DNA of 63,178 nt, filler included, from Phoronis australis (Eukaryota > Animalia > Phoronida): the NCBI GenBank assembly GCA_002633005.1. It is 9 parts of 8 records of this genome, joined end to end, with 100 filler letters (N's around TTAATTAATTAA, not from the genome) between each part and the next. Parts side by side here need not be neighbours in the genome. Positions count along the whole stretch, not along the records: positions 1 to 28,739 come from NMRA01000936.1; positions 28,840 to 42,063 come from NMRA01000757.1; 7 more parts are not named here. The stretch is one strand, 5' to 3'. Below the pieces are notes generated by a model. It worked only from the letters and a program-made list of their open reading frames with translations. It searched no databases and was not told the origin of the DNA. Shown here in pieces: positions 25,991-36,083 of this stretch (its first letter is position 1; each line of letters begins with the position of its first letter). The translations under genes were made by a program, and so were the position numbers.

Positions 25991-28739
25991 TCCAACGCTT
26001 TGTTAAGACCGTCATTCCCTTGGCCTCCCTTCGTCCCCACCATTTCCTAAATGAAATTGTTAGAGTGATGCGTTTCAGCAAATGGCAGAGCACAACCGAT
26101 GCCCAGAGTACAACCATTGGCGTCAACACTATTTCCACCACCGATATCCTCGCTAACTTTCTCCACAATCATCCACCCCACCAGGATGAACTCACCACCA
26201 CCAAAACGTATTGTTGGAGTGGTACAATTTGGCAAGCGCGGGAAAACATCACCATCACCACCTCCGGCTTTTCCACGATAACTTCTTTCTCAACCTCATC
26301 TCACAATTTTCATTCCATATCAATTCACTCAAGCCATATTACATATTAGCTTACAAACAAGAGAAAGCTTGCACTGCACCGCAAAAAAATTGCCTTCCAC
26401 AATTTCTAGCTGAGCGCACATACCGTTAGCCCCTCCTTCCAACACTGCGTATAGACCTGACATAACCACATATTCACGTTTCAGGTACTCCACTGGCAGC
26501 GTCCAGGGAAAGGGAGTAGCGACCCTTCCTAGAGGAGCTGACACCGATCCCTTAAAATGACATGAAACACGTCCACCTCCTTCATATTTACCACGCCACC
26601 ATCATGTCCTCCCCCGTAGCAACACCAACTCTTTTCCCACCACTGCCACCCCACCAATTCCTGAACTAAGTTGTGAGAGTGAGGTGATTCAGCAAAAGCC
26701 AGAACTCAACCAATGCCCAAAACACCACCAATGCCCAAAGTACCACCACTGGCGTCACCATCATTTCAGCTACGAATCTCCTCACTACCTCCTCATCACA
26801 TACAACCACATAATCAGGACCCTCCAACCACCATCGAGGTGTTTTCGTGAAAGAGGAACAACTTTTCAAGCACCCGAAACTCCACCAGCTACACATCCAC
26901 CTTTTGCATGATCACCATAACTATAATCATCATTGCCACTCAAACCACACTACTTTTATATTCACATGTCTTCTTCCCTTAACTTCACCACTACCCACAC
27001 CAGAACAACTGCACTACCACCATAACGTCACCCCTATCACTTTCGACATACTCCTTGTTTATTACACTTCCTCTTGCTTATCTGATTAGACAGATATCCT
27101 AGCTCGGTTAGCCCTGTCTGTTGAAGATATCAGTTAATCAAGATGCCTTCAAATGTAAAATGCAGCACCGTTTAACGAAATATCTAGACTACTCTTTCAA
27201 AGAGTAAACCTCAATTTGAAATGTATCAATATTTGTCCTTCTGTAATTTTGCTAAGTTCCTCACTCACTTGGACTCTCCCTACAACACCTAATATAGGTC
27301 TACCGTGACCACATAATCTGTTTGAAGGTACTCTGCTGGCAGCCTCCAGTGAAGGGGGTGGCGACCCTGCCTAGAGGAGCTAACCCAGTTCCCTCCACCT
27401 TCACCACACCCACCACCTCACTATCATTTTCATCGTGTCCTTCTACCGTAACACCACCCTTCCCCACCAGAACCAATCCGCTACCATCAAACCTCGTCGC
27501 GACCACGTTAGACATAATGCAGGCCCGTTTAACGTAATATCTCGATTGCTTGTTGAAAGAGTAAACCTTAATTTCAAATGTTTCTGTGCTTGGCCTCCTG
27601 TAAATTTGTAATTGCTAAGCACGTCCTTCACTTGGTCTCTCCCTACAAACAAAGGTTTCAGTGTTTGGCCTCCTGTAAATTTGTAATTGCTAAGCACGTC
27701 CTTCACTTGGTCTCTCCCTACAACTCCCCATTTAGTTCTACCGCAAACAATAAACTGTTTAAAGGTACTCTGCTGGCAGCCTCCAGTGAAGGGAGTGGTG
27801 ACCCTTCTTAGAGGATCTAACGCAATTCCCTTAAAGATATAGACAGCGCTTCTACCTTCATCACATCCAACATCTCACCCTCAACATCACCATGTCCCCT
27901 CACCATAGCAACACTCTACCCCCACCATGCAGAACCACTCCACTACCACCAAAACCTCACCACAACCACTTTCGACATACCCGTAGTTCATTGCACTTCC
28001 CTTGCTTGTCTGAAGACAGATATCCTTGCGCGCTTAGCTCTGTCTGTTGAAGATAACAGTTAATCATGAGGCCTGGTTCAAAAATAAAATACAAGACGTA
28101 TCCGCTTTAACTGATATCTTGACAGTTTGTTCTAAGAGTGTTCTTTGCCGGTTAGCTCTGCCTTCGGTAGATACTGATGGGTCTAATAAATTCAACCAGC
28201 TCACTTGGATGCTCTGGAGACGAACATTTCATTGCTTGGCTTTCTGTAATTCTAGGTTAATCGCAATTTTTAAAGATTTTAATTGATTAGAAGAATTGTT
28301 ATACACTACGTCTCATGTTCCCTTTGCTGATGTAGTTAGGTAGATACATTTGTGTTGGCTTGCTTATCCCACCTCTCAGTTGCTTTCTCCCCCTACAAAA
28401 GATATCATCGTTACAGTTACATAGGCTCTAGGCGTGTTTCACTTCCGAATTTGACATCATCCTCATTCACTGCACTTCCCTTTCCTAGTCTGATGAGACA
28501 GGTATCATTTTTGAAAATATCGCTTATTCAATAGGTCAGCTTCAAAAATGTAATGCAGTCCCGTTTTGCACGAGATCTCGATTGCTTGTTCAATGAGGAA
28601 CCCTCGGTTAGCTTTGCCTTCGGCAGATCTCTTTTGATCTAATAATTTCAACCAAACTCTTCACTATTAGACAATGTGTTCATTCTGTCCTACAATACCC
28701 GCACGGTACAACATGGGCTGATCATGATAGCTTTTTCAT

Positions 28740-28839
28740 NNNNNNNNNNNNNNNNNNNNNNNNNNNNNNNNNNNNNNNNNNNNTTAATTAATTAANNNNN
28801 NNNNNNNNNNNNNNNNNNNNNNNNNNNNNNNNNNNNNNN
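28740..28839. other. Artificial contig linker (44 N + TTAATTAATTAA + 44 N); same linker at 42064, 45851, 49868, 52353, 55109, 57758, 61467
   Basis: Identical 100-bp structure eight times; the 12-mer gives stops in all six frames. Confidence 0.97.
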
Positions 28840-29390
28840 AGTGTTTTCACCTCCTGATTGCGAAGCGATCGAGTTAGCTGTGGTATCTTCATCAGCGCGT
28901 GATCTCAGCGGGAGGTCACCGCTTTATCCACTCAAGCGCTCGACAACAACTAAACTTACGAGAGTCTCAGAACTCCCACATGCAAATTTGATATGCAAAT
29001 GAGGGAGTACTTGACTACTGCGCCATCTATACATCGACGGAAAAGCTTAAATACCCGTGACTGCGTGTGGGAAATTGCGATTGCGTGCGCTGAAGTCGAT
29101 ATTTTCAAAGTACAATTACACCACTGTTTAAGGTTGTAAAGTGAGTTTTTTGATATCCTTCTATAGAAAAAGCTTTAATCTCTCTGATGAAATCATCTGT
29201 TTCCTTTTAAACGAAACTTAAGTCCTAAAATTAGTCCGGGGAAGGAGGCCAAAAACGTCGGTTTAGCTAGTTGTCCCTTCCTGGTTATCTCTTCCTGATA
29301 ACAGTCATAACTCCTATATTAATAGCCACTCATGCAAAGTGGAATATTTTAAAAACAATTCCTAGAAGCAATCTGAAGAAGAGAGCATTC

Positions 29391-29476
29391 AGTGTAGTAT
29401 CTAAAAGTTTCACGTGAACCCCAACACCCATTTAGTGTAGTATCTAAAAGTTTCACGTGGACCCCAACACTCATTT
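29391..29476. repeat. ~43-bp tandem duplication
   Basis: AGTGTAGTATCTAAAAGTTTCACGTG(A/G)ACCCCAACAC occurs twice. Confidence 0.9.
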
Positions 29477-30410
29477 CTAAGATGTGATGTTCAGAAGTTT
29501 GCCAATATTTAAATGGAACAAGATAACCACAGGTGCAGAACCAAACTGCGCATTCATTTTTGTCAACTATTTTGACAAGACTTTACGATAATAAAAATTA
29601 TTCCTTCATCCTATCCAGTCATAGGATGTTCTTTCATTTCTACTGATACTTTCTACTTTGCAATAGGTTACTGTAGAGCACAAAGCTAAATGACACCAAC
29701 ACATGTCAGTGTCAGTCCAACATGTCTCCTAACATCATAAATAAACTTTCATTCAATAATTTGTATGTTCATTTTCAAAAAGAATCATTTGGAGTAAGTT
29801 TTTACAAAATTGGTTCATGCTAAAATTCATTTTACAGTATAAAAAGAAGAAAGATGCACAAAATACTGCTACTAGTCCAAGTAAACATGGTAACAATAAA
29901 CGTGTCCAGCTCAGGCATTCAGTCATCAACATGGCTCTTGCAAACATTACTTTATTAGTAAATCTATATCCTTGCGTTAGCCCTCTTCATTTTATTATTG
30001 GATTATGTAATTTCTATTCCAACCGACCTTTAATAATTGATCGGTACTATGACTATCAGTAGGTCAGTGCCCTTCTAAGCATTCGATTTAAATTGATTTT
30101 ATTTAGCACAAATTTGAAACTACAGAGCTTTCCAGAAGTCCTTCATCAAAGGCTACTTTTGCACTGTAAATACGTTACCCATGAAATAACTTTTATAGTA
30201 CCGCCATTCCTTAGTTACTACACTCAGTAGTTATGCCAGCTTTAATTGAAAAGTATTGCCTGTTCTAGGCATGGTCATGAACGGCAGCTCAGAGGTCAAC
30301 ATATCTGGCTAGTGTCGAAGAGACTATACTCAATTCCAAAGTCTGTAAAGGCAAATTTTTTAGACTGGCAAATAGAGCCTATAAAATTAGCCAAAACAGT
30401 ACTGTAGTAT

Positions 30411-30541
30411 TTTCATCACATGTTGAAAGCCTACTTTCTAAATTTACAAGGTGCTTTATCATTATTCAGGCCTTTCATCACATGTTGAAAGCCTACTTTC
30501 TAACTTTACAAGGTGATTTATCTTTATTCAGGCCTTTCATC
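30411..30541. repeat. ~62-bp tandem duplication
   Basis: TTTCATCACATGTTGAAAGCCTACTTTCTAA...TTATTCAGGCC occurs twice. Confidence 0.9.
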
Positions 30542-33059
30542 CTAGTCACCTCTGCTGTATTTTTACCGTGACTGCATGAAGCTCATAGTTTAAAAATTCC
30601 TGTCAAAAAGACCGACTTCATTTAAGTGTAGTCAGTAAAACCTGACTCTTACCAGTTTCATTTTTCTAATAGATTCCATACTTGTCAAAGTTATTGCCAA
30701 TGGCACTTACATTGGGAAGGTCAAAAATCTGGAGCTGTGAGATGAGTGTTCACAAATTCAAAGCACTCTGGGATTTTTAAGGATGTCTTCAGAGTATAGA
30801 TCGTAGGTTTGAGCCAAGCACAGCATAGGTGTTTAAAAGTGAGAATTTGGAAATTTGGTGCTGCGAGTGGTAAGCCAAACATAGGCTTTGACTTGGATAA
30901 GTGAAATACATTTTTCTAAGTAAAATACATTCTTCCCATCCAACGATGGCAACTCCTAAGTCATACCTTCATACTTAGTTATCCTGTTTAACTCTCATTA
31001 TTTCCTGGTCTTCTTTTTACTTAAAATTGAACTCGAAATCATTTTTTGACACTTTCCATTCTTCCTTAATAACAACTCAATATAATATTCTGTGTTTGAG
31101 AATATTATGGATTATGCAAACACGTGTGAAGTTCAAATTCACACTTGATGACATCTAGATTCGAGGAACAAACTCACTTAAAACTCAAGTTCACACTCAA
31201 ATATATATATCACTCTTTAATGCTGGGGTCATCAAGTGCAACACAGGATTTCAGTCTTCCTCGTGAACTGCAAGACACTCGAACACAGAATGAAGGACTG
31301 GCACAGTTATTTTGAGTACTAGGTACTTATTAATAAGTAAAACACCAAATGTAAAAATATTTCTGAATCCCGTATCGAGTAAAAAGATTGTAATCTTGAT
31401 AATTTTCAAATTTTTGTGACTGCAACACATGGGTCTCTAAAAGCCACCTTTTGTGGCATGGCAATAATAACTTGAGCAATGGTAAGCAATAAACCTTAAG
31501 TACGGTAATTTTCACTTATTTAGCACACAAGATGGCCGACAAGTGAAATTCTATTTTGTCAAATTTCTTCACAAAAACAAAAATCAAGAAAATTTTACTT
31601 CATTACTAGCATGGTTTACACTATGCAGATGTCGTACAACATTGGGAAAAGTTTCCATTATTTACAGAAATAATAATCAGCTTTGAAAAATAAAAAGTTG
31701 CTATTTTGGTAATTATTTTGTGCAAAGTGGAGAGCAATGGTCTCAACCCACCAGCGCTATAGCTGCCTGCACTTCACTTACAGTCTGTTTACTCTCACAC
31801 AATGCTCACTGGTCCAGGTAGATAGATTTATTAGTGTAAACAGGCCACCTGCCCCTTGTTCACAAATAGAAAATATTAAGTATATACAAGCATGATTTTA
31901 ACTAACACAAGATTACAGTTCAACATCTAATTCATTACATCTTGATTAAGGTAAATATTCCATTTCATATTTTTGTAAAATAAGCAGAAATGTTTATTCT
32001 GTCAGACCCCCACAAAAAATGACCAAACATAATAATATTCTTGTTACTGGGTATGCAAACTCAAGAGGTTTAATTTGTTAAGTATTGACCATTGGACTGG
32101 GTCCCATTAAATTTCAAAATGTCTGATTGATTTTACTTCACTCCATATATTTGCTTGAATCATTTCTGAACAAGAACTTTCTGAAAAACACTTGTCTGAG
32201 AAATTTCTGGATCAGTTTGGAACTGGAAAAAACGCATCAACCAAAAAACCAGCACTGGAAAAACTACAGCCAATATTACACTCCTGGTGTCGAACGAATA
32301 CTACTGAAGAGAACTAAGGAATTTCTGTTTGCAACAAACCTTGTGGGTACAGCTAGGTGGTTTGATTGTGACTGTTCAGTTCTTGACTTTTGTAACAATA
32401 ACTTTGCAGCTGAAAGAAACTTTTGATTTTGTGCATATCAAAAGCATCGAAAAACAATGCCATAACTCACTCAGCTGTCAAATTAGGACACTCGAAAATA
32501 TCCTGTGATGATGTGTTAATTAGCTGATCTCGAGTTACAAGCATGTATTGGTCGATACATAATACAAAGAATTGGGACAACTAACCACAGTATTGGTCAT
32601 GCATCATTGTGTTTAGTATGAGAAGTCCTGACACATTGCTGCTCGTTTTCCCTGTGCTATAAGGTTTTATAAAGAACGATGAGGCGTTGCGTTTAACGTG
32701 GTTGTGACAACTCAGTATTTGACCACCTGGTGGCTCTTTTCGCTTTCCCAAAAAATCAAAGAAGTGTAGATAGGTAACAAGTTAGCACAAAAAACTCGCG
32801 TGTTGGTGGAAATGCCACACTGGCACTGGGTATGTTCATAGATTGCACACACGTCCGCGAAGCTAACAAACTTTCAACTAAAGTCTTTTTTCTTACATTT
32901 TCTTGTTTCAGGGATATTGAATTCCCGATTGTGATATGCAGTGCTATAAAAGAATGTTTAACCATGCTGACAATGTAGTCACTTGTTAAAACCAGTTAAA
33001 TGGTGGCTTTAAGCACTTACGTAGACACCTTGATGTTGCAGCGACACCTAGTGTATTTT

Positions 33060-33275
33060 TTTAAGGAAACATGCTTTAGCCAAGGGCTAAAATACACCAT
33101 GGTACCCTACAGGCTCTCATTCACTTCCTTGCACACATTCACAAATAAGACCGAGCTCAGAGGAATAGGAGACACCTTGTGCAATGCTCAAATGTCAGCC
33201 AATGAAGCCAGGATTTGAACCCAGGTCTCTCATGCGGGAGTCCGAAACTCTAACCACTGAGTCACACCGTCACCA
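33060..33275 (-). mobile_element. tRNA-derived SINE (head at ~33205-33275)
   Basis: Minus strand GGTGACGGTGTGACTCAGTGGTTAGAG...GACCTGGGTTCAAATCCTGG has Pol III A and B boxes but no intact cloverleaf. The 3' boundary is approximate. Confidence 0.6.
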
Positions 33276-33861
33276 AGTGACAAAAATTAGATAATTGCTC
33301 AGCTCACTTCCTTGTGTCTTTACTGATTAGTAGCTTATCAATAAAACAACTACAAATTGCACAACTTATTTTGAGTACTCAAAAAGGGTTAATTAATTAA
33401 TTAATGTAACTAGCTCTGTTAACATATGAAATCAAGGGCTTGTTTGGTATTGAACAGTACATTTTTCAAATCTCTTTCCACCTGACCAATTCTTCATCCT
33501 GTAACACACATGACGTGGCTACCCCAGCAACTGGTCATATCCCACAGAATGTCCACTGGATAAAATTCAAGTGAATGTGCTCTACACAGAGATAGTGTTT
33601 GCTGCCCCTCACTTCCGACATATTTGATGTCATTGGTGCATTTATGACAGGTTTGGATTTTCAGTTGAGGAGAACTCCGAAGTTAATTAGCACAGTTAGT
33701 AGTATAGAACTATGACAAAACAAGACTTACTAGTAACTAAAAATGTTTGAGTACTTTAGCAGTGTAATTAGTCTTTGAAAAATGGAAAACGATATTTTGA
33801 GAATTATTCTTGAGCGAAAAGAGAAGGAATGTTAAAATCGCAATGCTGATTTAGACCTCAC

Positions 33862-33961
33862 CTATTTGTTGTAGACAACACATGTCTGTCAGTAGGAGCC
33901 AGTGATAACCACGGGTAGGTGGAGAACCTAAAGCAACTAGCTCTGGATATGGTCCCCGGAT
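33862..33961 (-). CDS. RTTN: Rotatin, internal exon (third visible)
   Basis: ttttgtag|...|gtgagg, phase 1 to 2. Translates (D)PGTISRASCFRFSTYPWLSLAPTDRHVLSTTN, matching my recollection of vertebrate rotatin [25 protein letters not shown]. Confidence 0.88.
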
Positions 33962-34539
33962 CTACAAAATGACAACAAGCAGTGTCATTACTGAAACGAT
34001 CCCTTACTCTCCAAGGGACCTCATAATGATATTTCTATATAGGTCCACTCGGAAATCAGTGAAATCACTCAAGTGGTGACCCAGGATAGCAAGTACTAAT
34101 GGGATTTCAGACCTGTGAAAATGACAACTTTCTCAACAGAAATCAATAAAACGTGTTGCCAGCATTAGTTACATGACATTTCACAGCATGTATCTTATGA
34201 ATCTTATAAAGATTGTAAGAGAGTTCAAAACAGAGACTTCCTTAATCACGAATTGGCCCATGCATACGTAAGTCAGGGCCCTTGATCCCTCACAATTGGG
34301 GCTGAATATTGGCCTCATTCCCCTCTCAAAAATATTTAAAAAATCACGCAAAATTACCCTCATCAAGTAAAAAATTCCCCTCTGAACGATCAAAAATTCT
34401 CCCATGGTTTTAACCTCATGTGAACACCGAAGGCGTAGCTACGATGATGACAACAGGTCGTCTCCACTAGCTTTTGTTTCGTTGAAAACATTTGACTAAA
34501 CTTTTGTTTGAAAGCTCGAAACTGAGTCACGTCACCTTG

Positions 34540-35000
34540 TCATGAAAAACAACCACAGTCGTGAACGACTACGACCAGTGGCCCAATGTAATGTTGTTTA
34601 CCAATTCACATGTCATTTGAACAAATGTCTTCGCCCTCATTTTTGTGAACAGTGTTACATTGGACACACGGTGTGTTCTCTATCGCGACAGTTGTCCATG
34701 CCTTTGCAGGGGGGGGGTTCATTCAAGATCATTTTGTACACCAACATGGCCAAAAAATAATGCTATTGATCAGTCGCGAAAAATCTGTGTTGAATGAGCA
34801 GCGCACAGGTGTGTACCGCACGCTGACTCTGTTTCGATAAGGTTGTGCGCTTCCTACCGTGTGTTACATTCACACTCTCTGCTTGTATACCCCTCTTCCC
34901 GCTGTCATGTGTATTTCACTGTTTATTTCACTACGTACATGTTCATTCTACTTATTGCCTGATGATGAGACATGCAGTCTCGAAATATAGCTAGTGTTTT
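34540..35000 (+). mobile_element. Penelope-like element 3' remnant (degenerate GIY-YIG endonuclease plus hammerhead motif)
   Basis: NVVYQFTC...C...CYIGHT..SLSRQLSM is a GIY-YIG signature, frameshifted into IQDHFVHQH. A hammerhead core follows ~200 bp downstream. Confidence 0.75.
34955..34993 (+). ncRNA. Minimal type I hammerhead ribozyme motif (PLE-associated)
   Basis: GC-CUGAUGA-U-GAGAC(AUGCA)GUCUC-GAAA-UAUA-GC: canonical core boxes, perfect 5-bp stem II, palindromic minimal stem III, short and partly eroded stem I. Confidence 0.75.
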
Positions 35001-35199
35001 AATTTGTTTACTTGTTATGTCTCTCGATGTTTTTGCTATATAGCTACGAGCGAATCAGTATCAATCTTTCAAACAAAAAGTTTAGTCGTGTTTTCAATGA
35101 AGTTTGTGTTGACAAAGGGCTGCTACCAAACTATACTCGCTCTTATACAAATAAATGTACAAAATAGTAAAACTAGTAAAACTAAAATGACGAGCGTCG

Positions 35200-35725
35200 G
35201 TACTAAAATATATTAAAATATCCCCACGTATTGAGCGATGCGCTCTTTCTCAAGGGTGTGCTACAGACTGCTGAATACATGTGGATAGATCTAAAATAAA
35301 ATGGCACAGGGGACCACAAACGGAGACATACGCAGCTGCTGGAGTCTATTCACTACAGACTTGTAGTGAGACAGAACCCCTATGTCTCTGTTTAGGCCTC
35401 TGGAGTGAGTGTTTAACTTTGCGATGAATTCAGCCTCGCATTTTCTACGTGCGTAAATGTCCGACAGTCCGCCTTTGACCACAAGTACATTGACGTCACT
35501 GGTAGTATGGCCTGGGAGGTTGAAATGTTCCCCAAATGGGGACCTCCCTATTATTGTGAAGAATCGTCTGCCTATGGCCATTCATTCCAGTGTCTAAGGA
35601 GTTACATGTCTCCCCAAAATACCATGCGTGGCAACATTTACCACATATAATAAGATAAACAATGCCCGCACTGGAGCACTAGAATTTGTCTCTGATCTCA
35701 TATGAGACACCATGACGACTTATGA
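35200..35725 (-). mobile_element. Second Penelope-like element 3' remnant (GIY-YIG endonuclease, Neptune-like), with degenerate hammerhead at 35222-35256
   Basis: Minus strand reads YEIRDKF*CSSAGIVYLIICGKCCHAWYFGETCNSLDTGMNGH, then after a frameshift FGEHFNLPGHTTSDVNVLVV...RRKCEAEFIAKLNTHSRGLNRD. Downstream is CCCUUGAGAAA-GAGCG(CAU)CGCUC-AAUACGU-GGG. Confidence 0.85.
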
Positions 35726-36083
35726 CAAATAAATGTAACAATGACTGCCTTTTTGTTGTTTAAGTTGCTTATTTGTGAAAGCATGAGACAATTGTCATTA
35801 AAAGCAGTGCATTAAATAAACATAACAAAAATTCCCGTGAGTAAAAACGATGCGAAAATTCCCTGCTGTCAGGAATTATTTTCAAAATGTCACTTTTGCA
35901 TGAGGGGCTATCAAAATAAGACTCATGTGAATTTTAACTTGATCCTGGGGTTTTCCTACGAATGTACCTCTCTTCTTTAATACATTTTACTAAAAATGCA
36001 TGGTCATGTGACTTAACTGATGGCAGACTGGCATAAAGTCAAAAGTCAAATTCTACAGAATGTCTACTTTAAAAAAATATGTA

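Larger units (their letters stand above)
13130..28660. repeat. Complex tandem (macrosatellite-like) array of ~0.4-1.35 kb related monomers with higher-order periodicity
   Basis: The anchor CTGTTG(A/C)AGATA, or a close variant, recurs about 20 times. Nine type-A cores (13991, 15493, 17312, 18732, 19675, 21584, 23361, 24715, 26481) and nine type-B cores (13420, 16740, 18158, 20921, 22429, 24164, 25525, 27325, 27762). CAC/ACC-rich, G-poor plus strand between cores. Confidence 0.95.

Noticed and set aside
13420-27830. Array as a CRISPR-like repeat-spacer system
   Set aside because: Intervals between cores are 0.4-1.5 kb and homologous to each other rather than unique spacers; no cas-like ORFs; eukaryotic context.
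28784-28795. TTAATTAATTAA palindrome repeated eight times
   Set aside because: Synthetic six-frame stop linker centred in N runs.
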